A DNA stretch of 45,245 bases from Vitrella brassicaformis CCMP3155 (lineage: Eukaryota; Protista; Chromerida), in the NCBI GenBank assembly GCA_001179505.1, contig CDMY01000599.1, positions 1 to 45,245 on the forward strand, written 5' to 3'. The notes under the pieces are model-generated. The model was not told the DNA's origin. It did not search any database and saw nothing but the letters and a program-made list of their open reading frames with translations. Position numbers and translations under genes: made by a program. This document shows, piece by piece, positions 34,133-45,245 of the stretch (within the stretch, counting starts at the first letter, position 1; each line of letters opens with the position of its first letter).

Positions 34133-37100
34133 TTATCTGACAGCCACTGCCTCCCCCTCCCGCCCCGCCCCCATGTCCATTTCCTTCGACGCCGCCTTGC
34201 GCAAAGCCTCAATTGTCGACAGATAGGGCACAGCGTCAGCCCTTGCACTGGCGTCCTCCGCCTGCTGCTCTATCGACACCTCATCCTTCATCCTCCTGCG
34301 GCCTCGGTCTTGCCTCGGTGGGCTCTTGGACCTCTCGCGGGCCTTCTGGATGGATCTCTGCTTGACAGTGTCGGCGTAGGGCTGCAGCGAGGCCAGCTTC
34401 TCTTTGAGGTGCTCCTCTGTGGCCTTTTGCTCGTTGTGGGCGGCTTGGATGGAGGACCGTAGGGTCGCCTGCAGGCAGACGCGACGCGACACGACGCGAC
34501 ATGGCGGGAGTAATTAATGCATGAACACACGACACGAAAGGGAGGGGAGGGGCTTGCCTTGAGTATTTCGTCCTGTCTTCGCATGTCCTCCATCTTGTGG
34601 GTGTAGGCGTCCTGGCAGGCACAGAGAGAGAGAGACGTGCAATGCAATGCAATTCGTGTGTGCGCGGCTTCTGGGTGGTTGGCTCTCTCCTCCTCAGATC
34701 AGATGCGTTCGTACCTGTATGTCTTTGTGCGCCCTCATGTCGGCCTCCCGTGTCTGCATCCGCAGCGTGTGGTCCTTGGCGCGCACCGACTCGACCATGG
34801 CCTGCATCACGTCACGCACACAGTGCAGTGCACACCACGCACACACTCGCACAGCGCCGGTGTGTCGTTTGCAGGCACGGTCCGGCTGATGCTTGCTCGG
34901 CTGAGACCTGGTTGATGAGTGCCCTCTGTTGCCTTTGTCGGGCCTCCCTCGCAGCGCCTTTCACCTGCTCCTCATGGACTGACACACACACATCCACAGT
35001 GCAGAGAGAGCCTCACGCACTCAGTTGGTTGAGTCAGTTAGCCACCCTTCGCTTCGACGGCCTCTCGGCTGGCGCCCAGGAACTCCCTCTTCTTGGCGAT
35101 TTCCCTCAGCTCTGTCGCCAGCTTCTCCTGCTGCGCCTTCTGCTCCTCACGCTTGTCAAATATCTTCTTCTGCGCCGCAACCACAGCCTGCTCATGGCGC
35201 TCCTGCTCGCGGATCCGCTCCCTCTCCCTCTCTGCCCTCTCTTCTGTCTTGCGCTGGGTGGCCTCCTGCAGGGCCAGCGCCCTGACACGCGAGAGGCTCT
35301 GGGCCTTCTGGAGGATCTGCTCGGCCTTGTCCTGCTTCTCGCGGACGTTGGCCTCGCGCCTCTCTTTGACGAGCTCCTCGTCTCTCGCCTTCATGAGGGC
35401 TAAACGCTCCCTCAATTCGACCAGAGACATCTGGTCGAGAAGACCTGGGAAGGAGACACGACGCGCAGAGCGGGTGCGACTGGCGCGTGCGTGTGGGGGT
35501 GGGTTGTTAGTGACCGTGGTCTGATGCGGCAGTGGGGTCGAATGGCTTTGTTTGTACGACGGAGACCCTCTCGATGGCGCGGATCTTGCGGATGACGTCG
35601 TTGCGCTGCTCGCGCTCACGCTGCTCCTCCCTGACAGAGAGACAGACAGACAGTGCAAAGCGTGCGCGTGTGATGGTCTGCCTACTTTTGTTTCCGCTCC
35701 CACTCCTCCCTCCTCTCCCTCTTGGCACGCTCGGCATCGCTGGCCTTGGCAGCTGCCACCTAACGAGAAGAAGAGACACACACATCCATGTTTGTACGCA
35801 GACCGACAAGTATGGCATCTTCCCATGCACTCACGCACTCACTCACCTTCCTCTCGGCCATGCGTGGCCTGTCCCTCTGCTCATGGATAGACCTGGCCAC
35901 GGATTGGCGGGCCTGCAGGACCGAGTTGAGGAACCTCTCCCGCCTGATGGCGTCGATCTTGGACTGCTCCCGCATCTTGGCCGCCCCCAGCTCGTTCATT
36001 CGCCGCTGGTTCTCCGCTGCCTCGATGGCGTTCTCCCGTGAGAGGTGCATCTCCACCTTCCTCTGCTCGATGCGGGTCTTGCGGGCCTCCGCGTCCTTGG
36101 CGCGCGACTCAGCCTGCCACCTGTAGAACTCACTCGAGTCGCGGAGGTCCTCTGCGTAGCGTTTCAGTATGTCCACCTCCTTCTCCTGTAAATATTTGCG
36201 GGTGGGTGCGGTGCGCAGAAAGAGTGAGGGTGTCTGTCTGCTGCGGGTGGGGTGCGTGGTGGATGTGATGTGTCATGGGCAGTACCTTTTTCTTTGCGTA
36301 GAGTGCGTCGGCTCGGAGGATGGCGGCCGTGTTGAGCCGCACCTCGGCCTCACCAAACTCGGGCACCTCACCCCCTACCTTAGCTGCACACACACAGACA
36401 TCGTGTCTCCTGCTTGCTTGTGCCCCTCACACCCTCTTTGTGTGTGTTGTGTTGTGTCTCACGTGCAAAGGTCAGCTCTGCGTTGCGTTCCTTCTCCACC
36501 TCCTCCCTGATCCGCTCCTTATCGCTTGGCCGCTCCATCGTCTGCAGCCCGGGTGGATTGCACAAGGCGGGCTTCTCCGCCTCCCCTTCTCCCGCCATCT
36601 GCCCTTCAGGCGGCTGCCGCAGGTATTTCTGCAGCGTCTTCTTGCCCACTTCTACTCGCCGCGTCTTGGCTTTCCTCATGATTTTCTGCAGCGACGTCCT
36701 CTTGAGCACCTTCTCGTTCACAGGGTTGGCTTTCACCTCTCTCGACACTGGAAATGGTGCGGGAAGAAGCCGGGGTTTCGGCTTTGAGAGGTTGAAAGGG
36801 ACCGCCTCGGTTGGCGGGATGGGCGGTGGTCGCGGCAGCCCGCCCTGGGCCTCCTCGCCCTGCGCCTCTGCCTCTGCCTGCTCCACCTGTGTGGCCTGCT
36901 CGGCCAGCTCCTCGAGCAGCGGGATGAACTTGGGTTTCCGCCTCTGCAGCCCGCCGATGATGTCGTCCTCGATGTACTTGAGGTCGTATATCCTCGCCCA
37001 CTCCCGCTTGACCCAATCGTTGAGCTCCTCTGCGTTGAAGAGGAACTGCAGGAGGCAGTGCATGGCTGGGGGGTGCTGCGGGCGGATGATGTTGGCCAGC

Positions 37101-37634
37101 TCCCGAGGGCCGAGTTCGTCGGAGCGGAAGATGGTGAGGTATGAGACGATTTTGTAGAGGGTTGAGTCGGCCTTGGCGGTGCCGGCGGTGTGCTTGACCA
37201 GGAGGGCCTCCACCAGGATGGACAGAAATGGCATGTAACGCAACACGCCGTAGAAGATCTGAGAGAGACTGCATGATCGCATGACGCCACACGACAGCAG
37301 CAGGGCAACGATGCACGTGTCTTCGGCAGTGGGTGCGTGTCTGCTCCTTTTCTTAATACGTATGTGTGGGGCTCACTCACAATGTTTTCTCCTCTTCCTG
37401 TTCCTCGGGCGGCGCTCTCTGCCCTCTCTTTCTGCTGTCCATAAAGCGGTCCATCCAGGATGCCGGCGTCTCCTTTTTGGCGTCATATCCCTCGATGAGC
37501 TTCCTGCAGGACGTCATGAGCCCCTTGTACACGGCGGCCTCCTCCTGCCTGCGTCTCTCGGCCTCTCGGGCGGTGGTGGAGGCTGCCGTCCCGCTGGGGG
37601 GCGGCTCACGACTCATGTGCGACTGGGCATCCAT
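34133..37634 (-). CDS. CFAP99: CFAP99-like cilia/flagella-associated protein
   Basis: Exons encode LMTSCRKLIEGYDAKKETP, LYKIVSYLTIFRSDELG...CLLQFLFNAEELNDWVKREWARIYD, PFNLSKPKPR, EAEVRLNTAAILRADALY, LRDSSEFYRWQAES and GLLDQMSLVELRERL, followed by long charged coiled coils. This motif order matches CFAP99 as I recall it. Confidence 0.7.
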
Positions 37635-38127
37635 CGGGAGAAGCTGTGGCACAAAACAGAAAAGCGAGAAAAGCGAGCTAAGCTTGCAGACGGGGGATCG
37701 CTTCCCTGGGGCTTCAATCTCATCCATCCGTCCAAGCGTCCGTCCGTCTGTCTGTCTGTCTGATCGATCCATCATCATGGGGCGCCACTGGCTTCAAAAA
37801 CAGGAATGTAGCGAGTGAGTATGCAGGCCATCTCATAGATGGATGGATGGACGGATGGATGGATGGAGGTATGCAGCACGCCGCACCAAATAAAGGAAAG
37901 GAAGATAGGCAGACAGTCAGTCAGACAGACAGATATGTCACTTACTGTTGTTATCATACAGGCTGTCTCACTCACTCACGCGTTCATGTCACGGACCGTC
38001 AACACCCGTACTCACACACACACACACACACAAAAGGACACGCAAAAGGACACACAGACAGCCATCATTGTCTCATCCCCCCACCCCGTGTGTGTGCGTG
38101 TGTGCATGTGTGTTTGCAGTCCGTCGG

Positions 38128-40363
38128 TCAGAATGCCGCCATGCCGGCTGACAGCGATGCCCCCGGGACGGACCTCTGCCGCTGCAGACGCACAACCTGC
38201 ATCGCCACGAGAGAGAGCAAGGCATCCATCACATCACCTGCCTGTCCGCACACACCCTCCCTCCCTCAGGCTTCCTTTGGTCACCTTTGCTTTGAGCTGG
38301 CGGATCATGAAGGCCTCGCGGCTGGTCTCACGCACACTCTGAGCAGAGAGGCAAACCACGCACAAACGGGGCAATCCAGTGTCTGTTTGGGCGTTTGGCG
38401 TCCATGAGCTGGCTGACCTGCAGGAAGTCGGCGAGGTTGATGATGCGGTCCTTGAGTGCCTCGTCCAGTTTGTCCAGCATGTCCTCCTGAGACGCCACGT
38501 CGGCCGACAACTCCATTATCCTACGCAAATCAAATCAACACACAGAAAGACCGACAGGAACGAAATACACCGCAGGCTGTGGCTGTGGCAGTGGCAGTGG
38601 GCGGCACTGACTGTTTGGAGAGGGCATTGCTGGGCTCGACAATCTCATCCGCCACAAACTGCACACACCAACAAAGGCAGGCGACTCTCTCTCTCTCTCT
38701 CTCTGTGGGCCCTCCCTATGTTCGCTCTAGTTTATGGTTTACATACCTTTCTGTGTTTCTCGGCTTCCATGAATGTGTTGACGGCCTGGTGCGTGGCGTC
38801 CAGCGCCTCCATGTCACGATCGATGGACGCCTGACAGACGGACGAGTCGACGGCACACAGATTGCATTGCCCGTGTCGGTCGGTCGGTGTATTATGCGGT
38901 CAATCGGTGTTTCTCTCTCACCGATTCCTCCTGCAACTGCGCCAAGTGAACCCCTATCCTCCTCCCAAAAGACTCCCTCTGATCCTGAACCCAAACAACA
39001 CAACACACACAAGCTCCGGTGAAGACGACACACGTACCCCCCTGCCGTGTTCAGTTCACACGTACGCACCTGCATGTCGAGCTGCTCATCCAGCCGCGAT
39101 ATGATCGGCTGCACCACCCTCGGCCACCTCTCCTTCACTGCATTTGGACAGCGACAGTACAGAAAGGAACACAGACATCCCCATGCCCTTTGCTCGCCCG
39201 CCCGCCCATCGATCGACCCCCGGACTGACCTTGTTTCTCGACGTCTTCCCTCAGTATGTCCTCCCTGGACCGTGCCGGCTGTGAGGGCTGGGCAGCAGAT
39301 GCGCCAGACGAGGGCAGCACAGAGGGGCGGCCGGGGGAGGCGGTGGACGAGGAGGGCTGCTGGGAGGGGGACCCACCGCTGCCCGCCGGCTGGCCGCCCT
39401 GGGCAGCCATGCCCAAATTAGACATCACGAAACCAGACGCTGGCACAGCACAACACACAGACACGGAAGCGATAAGCAGGATGTCAATATGTGTGTGTGG
39501 TTGTGTGTGTGATTGTCGCGAACCTTTGTTGAAGAGCGAATTGACAATCCCACCAATTCTGCCATCCCTGAATGGGGGAAAAGAACAAACAAAAACTCCT
39601 TCGGGTGTCCCCCGATTCAGGCCCATGTGCGTACGGTGGCTGCGATGCCGATCCGCCAGCGGCGGCGGCGGCCGAAGGTCGGTGTTCGGTCGACGATGAC
39701 GACGACGACGAGGCGCTCGTCTGGGCCGAGGCCGGCTTGGAATACACCGGCGGGTCAGTGCTGAACGTCGAACTGATGATCGTCATCAACTCAGTCTGAC
39801 CGACACACAGAAAGAGAGCCGCACATGACCCACATCACATTCACATGTGTGTATCTCTCTGTGTGTGCGTGCCCCTCCCTCTCCTCTGCCCACCCCACCA
39901 GGGTTGACTGTGAGGGGTTCCAGGAGGCCAGGTACGGGAGGTAGATCATGCCCTTTGAGTCGACGTGCTTGTGGCGCGGCTTGATGGCCATGTTGGCTGT
40001 GGGCGAGACGAAGCACCGCGGGCCTGAGTTTGGGTAGGGGGGGTCGAGGTAGATGGTCACGGGGATGTTGTACTGGGCGCCGTTGTAGTAGATGGGGATC
40101 GTGCCGTACAGGTAGAAGAGCTTGATGGAACGACCCTGGTTACCTGATGGATGGTAGTTGTAAGGGGAGGAAAGATTCACACACGTAGGTGTGGAGGCTC
40201 TGGCGTGTTGTGTGCATGGTGCTGTGCTGGCGTAAGTACTGAAGTCGCCCACACTGGGCCTGAGAGAGGTGACTTGCGACATGAGCTGCTGGACGTCCCT
40301 CTTGACGCGGTGGAGGTTGCTGTAGAAGCCTATCTGGTTCCATAGCTGGTTGTACTGATACAT
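38128..40363 (-). CDS. TSG101: ESCRT-I subunit TSG101/Vps23 (UEV domain, low-complexity linker, coiled coil, steadiness box)
   Basis: UEV: LFYLYGTIPIYYNGAQYNIPVTIYLDPPYPNSGPRCFVSPTANMAIKPRHKHVDSKGMIYLPYLASW...FSTDPPVYSKP. C-terminal SB-like ADVASQEDMLDKLDEALKDRIINLADFLQSVRETSREAFMIR. Stop TGA at 38130-38128. Confidence 0.92.
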
Positions 40364-40689
40364 GCTGCCGACCACAGCCCACGAATGGCTCCACACGCCT
40401 CTGCTGACTGCTCGAGGGAAACGTTCACGAACCAAGAAGAGCGATCTCGCCGAAATATGTGACAAGGGCCATAGCACTATCCTGCCCTTATCGCTTTTGC
40501 CTGTCCGAATTCCAAACGGACGAGGCGATCCCTCGTAGCTCGCGGACGCAAGCTAAGGTCGCGCTTTTGTTTTTTCTGAGCCTTGCAGCGCCCCTGCAGC
40601 TCCTGCAGTGCACTTTCCAGCTTGATCTACCGTCGCTGACATCTTTCTGCCGTTGGCCCCAGAGCAACCACTTCTGTGACTGACTTCCG

Positions 40690-41919
40690 ATGGCGTCCCA
40701 ACCTCCCGGTCATCATCTCACTCAGCAGCCCTCTCGTCATGAGCCCACGACCACTCCTCCCCCCTTCCCATCCCTGGTGACACTCGCAATCAAGAAGGCC
40801 GCTCACATGGCCAAGTCGGATGAACGGCAACGCGACGAGCTCCGCTCGCAGATCATCAACAGCTCTATCGCTGATGTGGAGGTGATGCTGGGGCTCGTCA
40901 AGCAGCACATACAGGAGGCGATGAGCCGTCTTGGCCTCGAGGATGTCTTGACCTTCACGGTTTGTGACCTGGAGGGCGCCTGGGAGGTGGCCTATTTGCT
41001 GGAGCAGGACAGCGGCACGTGGCGGCTCATTGGGCAATTCATCCGCCTGGCGGCCATCTTTCGGCTGACCCCAGCCACCGGGCTGCCCCTGCGCGTATCG
41101 TCAGAATCCCTTCCCAGACAGTCGGCCTTGCACCCGCCCCTCGCAATCGTCATCTATCAGCTGTTCTCGCATCAGCTGACGGTCAATGGACAGAGGCTTT
41201 CCCTGGAGCCAGGGGTCATATCTCCGCTGACGAGATGGACGCTTCAAGTGAAAGCGTTGCTTGGCGACTCTCAGCCAACCAACAAAGGAGGGGCGTATCG
41301 GATCGGCGAGATGTTCTCGCTTCGGGCGGTTCTTTACGGGGAGTTGCCTGCCGGCCATCCCTATTCTGCCACCTACAAGGAGACTGACCCGCCAATCCGC
41401 TGCGGACCCTGGCTTTGTGCCTCCTTCACGGCGTTTCTCCTTTGCTGCCTGGGTACGTGCTGGTCTGGAGAGGCGGCAGTGAGCAAGGAGAAAGTGCTGC
41501 ATGCGCACATCGGCGACATGGATCCTCGCTATGAGAGGCTGCTCACTGACGACATCCCCGAGCAGCAGGGCGTCTCAGTGGACTAGCGGCATGACGGAGG
41601 GAACCTGAATGCAACACATCCATCGGCCCATCGTATTGTGCTCGTGAGCGGCTTTCGACCTCACGAGACTTTCACCGCCCACGTGTCAGTGGCCGGCGAA
41701 TCCATCGATCTGTACACCACCGAGTCCCGTGCTATTGCTCCATCAAGGCGCCACTTTAGTGTTTCCATTCCCATGTCGCTACACGAGTGGCGCGTTGCAG
41801 TGTGGAACGGTTTTCCAGCGTCGATGCCGAAGTGGCGAGGGGTGTGAAGGGAATTTGGCTTGAAGCAGCAGGTCATCGAGAGAGGGACAGTGATGTTGAG
41901 AGGCCATTATTGGTTCTGA
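40690..41919 (+). pseudogene. Intronless divergent family member (copy 5) with two in-frame stop codons
   Basis: One reading frame with no frameshift: FIRLAAIFRLTPATGLPL, YQLFSHQL, ETDPPIRCGPWLCASFTAF, VSVD*RHD (TAG 41584-41586), DLYTTE, NGFPASMPKWRGV*REFGL (TGA 41845-41847), final TGA 41917-41919. Confidence 0.75.
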
Positions 41920-42986
41920 TTAGCTGGGCTGTCGCTAGGGCGTAAGCTGTGTGGTGAGGCAACTCGATCTCGAGAGTAATGTTATTGACGGGGGGACGGT
42001 GCTGGTGTGATGGTGTGAGGTTCGCCGAGCAGCCGCTAGGGGATTGGGTGTTTGTTCTGTGTCACGACACGACCGAATGCCGAATGAGCTGTCATGATTG
42101 TTGGTCTCTCTCGTCGATGCTTAGTGTGTCCAGCTTTCTGACTAGTACTCGATGTGTTTTTTTTCCGCCAAGAGCTACGATGACGTCAAAGTCGGATGTG
42201 TGCTGGGGGGATGTGTGGGTGGAGTGTTATCGGACAGGCTGGGGGATCGCATCGAATGCGTGACGCACTGGTTGCGTTGCTAATATGGTGAGAAGACAAA
42301 GTCAGGCAGTGACGTCAACATACACAAGCAAGTCAGCACTATGAATGTGGTTCATACGCTTCCCGATGTCTGTCTGCCTGCCTGAGACAACGAAGCAGAA
42401 GAGCACACGACATCACAACACAGCACATAACTGATCACATCACTGCAGGTTTGGGGTGGTGGTTTTGCTGGATTGCTGCTGTGTGTGTGTCATCGATCTG
42501 ATCTGATGTGGTGCGTCTAGGGGAGGCTGGCCTGCGCTCTGTGGCTGGGGGTGAGCATGAGTGCGCGTATGAATAGATATCTGTGGACACGGACAGTTGG
42601 ATTGGACTGGATGTGAGTGAATTCGCCCACCGTCAGTCAGTCAGTGTATCATGTTCACACATGACCACTCATTCTCACACATGGCCGGACGACGTGGACA
42701 TGTACATGTACAGATGTCGGCAGACGACACCGCGCCTGTCCATCCCATCTACTCACATGTCGCTGCAAAAAGTGAGCCCTCCACCATCAGCCTACACACC
42801 GCTGCCAGCTTCTCCACTGCCAGCACCACGAGTCTACGAATCAACTCACCTGTACACACACAGACACACACACACACACCCCGAGAGAGAGAGAGACGCA
42901 CCAGTGCCATCCGGGCACTCAAGGCATGCCCCTTGTGTGCATGTGAATGTCCCTTCACCACCGCGGCTCACTCGTATGTGTTTCCT

Positions 42987-44786
42987 CTACTGTGGTATCA
43001 TGTGGGCGAGGCCGTGTTTCGTCAACAGGGTGCGGGTCAATGACATCGCGATGGGGAATCGGCCAGACAGCCGCGTGTGGCCCTCGATGGCCGCTTCGGT
43101 CGTGTAGAGGAAGATGAAGCTGCCACCAAGCCACAGGTTGACGGAGATGGTGTCGCCCTCCTCTGTGCCGTTGAGGATGATAAATCGCCGCCGCCCAGCA
43201 TCCCCCACCTCAGTGTAGTCGATGGTGGTGTGGCCGTCTATGGGGTCCGTCAGCAGCGACCGATACCGCTCATCGCCATCGCCTACTTCCCCCTCGAATA
43301 CCTTCTTCTCGCCCACCCCCTCTTGCTGATACCAGTACCACAACACTATCCACTTCATGAAGGTCGTGAATGAGGGCAAGAGTAAGCGAGCGTGGCGGAT
43401 GGGCGGGTTGTGGGGGTCGTATGTGCGGCGGTAGGGATGGCGGGGAGGGAGGGCGGACTTGCGCACCGTCTCGAACTGCCACTTGTGCTGGCCGCTTCCG
43501 ATGGTATACCGCTGCCGTGTCACCCCACCGTCCCCCTCTCCATCCCCCCTCTCGGCATCCTTTTTGCCCTCATCGCCATCATCGACCTCATCCACCTTTG
43601 TGAGCGCCAGGCTGGTGCCCTTGTAGTTGAGAAGGTGGCCGAATGTGCTGTACTGGCGAAGGGCGAGGGGCATGGTGTGGAAGTCGGCCTTGGTGGGCAG
43701 GTGGGCCGCCATCCACTGGGGCGACATGATCAGCGGCAGGCCAGTCGACGGCGTCAGCTTGTAGATGTCAGCCAGCCGGATGAAGTCGGGCCACTCACAC
43801 CACAGCGCACCGCCATGCTCCAGTACATAGCAGCACTGGGACAGGTAGCAGAAATGCGACACATGAGGGCCACCACCACCAGCTGCAGGGGCCGGTGCGT
43901 CACTGCTACTGGTGGTGGGATGGGCAGGGGTGGGTGCCGCAGCATTGGCTGTGTCTGCTGCTGTCCGGTTCACGTCGATGAGGCCGGTCAGCGAGTGGCG
44001 GCTGAGGTGCGTGTCGATGCGACGCTGCACGAAGGCCTCATTGACGAGTTGGCTGCCGTGTGCCCTGCTGATGGGGCGGGACGAGCAGACGGCCTCATCG
44101 ATCGGCAGGCACCGGTAGATGACGTCGCGGCAGACATCAGGCGGCAGGCCGTCGGCCGAGTCGGCGGGCGGGGGCGGCTTGGCCCAGCCGATGGGCCGAA
44201 TGGTGCCCTTGACGCCACCCTTGACGTCATGCCGCGCATCTTTAGCCGACGAGAGAGCGGCGAAGACGCTCACCCACTTATCGGCGAGAAAGGGCGTCTG
44301 CACCGAACACACAGACAACCAGGGAGAGAGTGACGGCTGCAGTACTCTCTCGTGTGTGTGTGTGTGTGTGTGTGTGGTTGACCTGTGCGGCGACTGTGGT
44401 GTTGAAGAGCTGCTGCACACCGGCAGCCTCTCGTGTGACCTGCAGGCACCGCACACACACACACAGTGGATGAGAGCACACCAGCAGTGAGGCCATTTGG
44501 CCTCTCATGCGCCACTTGCCTGTTCTATTGTGTGTGCAGCGATGCGATGCGCTCCTCTAGACGAACCAAACCCTCACTGATGGACTGCAATACACACACA
44601 CAATCAGCACGATGAATGGACGTGTGTGCGCTCTCTCGAGTGAATGCGTTCGCTTGTCGTGCTGTGTTTGCTCTCTGGCCTGCTTGAGTTCGCTTCTCGA
44701 TTGATGCTTACCGGTGTGTTCTCATTTGCAGCGGCCGAGTCGACGCCTTGTGTGCGGGGACGCTTCGGCTCTCCTTCGACACTCAT
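42987..44786 (-). CDS. Multigene family copy 6; long ORF intact, 1-nt deletion and TAG in exon 2
   Basis: ATG at 44786 (MSVEGEPKRPRTQ). Small exons at 44584-~44516 and 44439-44383; terminal exon 44297-42987 (TPFLADKWVSV...LAHMIPQ*). Confidence 0.75.
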
Positions 44787-44990
44787 GCTGGAGAACCCGA
44801 GCTACTCTCACGTGAACATCACGCGGAATGAGTGCGAGATCAAAGCAATCGTCGAGACCTTTTCCTCACAAAAAAAGGACTCTCTGCGAATTGTGTTTCG
44901 GAATTTTGACAGCTCCGAGTTTCTGTTCCTAAGCCCCAGATCAATCAACGTACCGCGCCCCGCCCCTCATTCCCCTGAGTTGATTTCATC

Positions 44991-45245
44991 ATGAGTGGCC
45001 CGGCCCCACCGGGCTCATCCCCTCTGGCAGCGGCCTTTCAGGCCGCCGGCGAACCGGTCAGTGTGCGGGACGCACTGGCCATGGGCGGACAGCAGCAACA
45101 AGGTGAGGCAAGTGGAGAGGGAGAGGCGGGAAGGAGCAGAAGAGACACATGCACGAGGGTCAGAAGGGAAGACCCTTCTTGGGGCTGAGGGGCTCTGTGT
45201 TATGTCTATCGTCTCGTCAGGTGGTGAGGGGGAGATGACACAGTC
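44991..45245 (+). CDS. 5' end of an unidentified multi-exon gene, truncated by the window edge
   Basis: ATG 44991 MSGPAPPGSSPLAAAFQAAGEPVSVRDALAMGGQQQQ, followed by a GTGAG donor and a later gtcag acceptor at about 45220. Confidence 0.45.

Noticed and set aside
41584-41847. Possible non-standard genetic code (TAG/TGA reassigned)
   Set aside because: TAG, TGA and TAA all terminate conserved genes here (FUN14 TAG, TSG101 TGA, H3 TAA). In-frame stops are confined to degenerate paralogs.

Overview
Eukaryotic, GC-rich, intron-dense genomic DNA. Introns are short and full of (GT)n, (CT)n, CAGA and GATG microsatellites. The style and gene content most resemble the chromerid alveolate Vitrella brassicaformis, but this is pattern recognition and is not verified. 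Recognisable conserved genes: a FUN14-family protein, a CFAP157-like coiled-coil protein, a divergent histone H3, IFT122, a CFAP99-like protein and TSG101/Vps23. There are also several low-complexity hypothetical genes, including a head-to-head pair of probably secreted Pro/Gln/Ala-rich proteins. The most striking content is six loci of one uncharacterised gene family (108-2030+, 10346-12100+, 15713-17299-, 17733-18885+, 40690-41919+, 42987-44786-). Shared traits: a basic NLS-like N-terminus where the start is clear, small 57-nt and 66-72-nt 5' exons, and one very long terminal exon. That exon carries an F-box-like motif followed by a conserved FIRLADIYKL...FGHLLNYKGTSL...YDPHNPP...FPSF domain. 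The copies range from intact, through single 1-nt lesions, to clear pseudogenes. One copy is a recombinant mosaic of two others, and five of the six sit head-to-head with a neighbouring gene within about 200-430 bp. No rRNA, tRNA, CRISPR array or transposase was recognised. Exon boundaries were inferred by eye from GT/GC-AG signals and reading phase.
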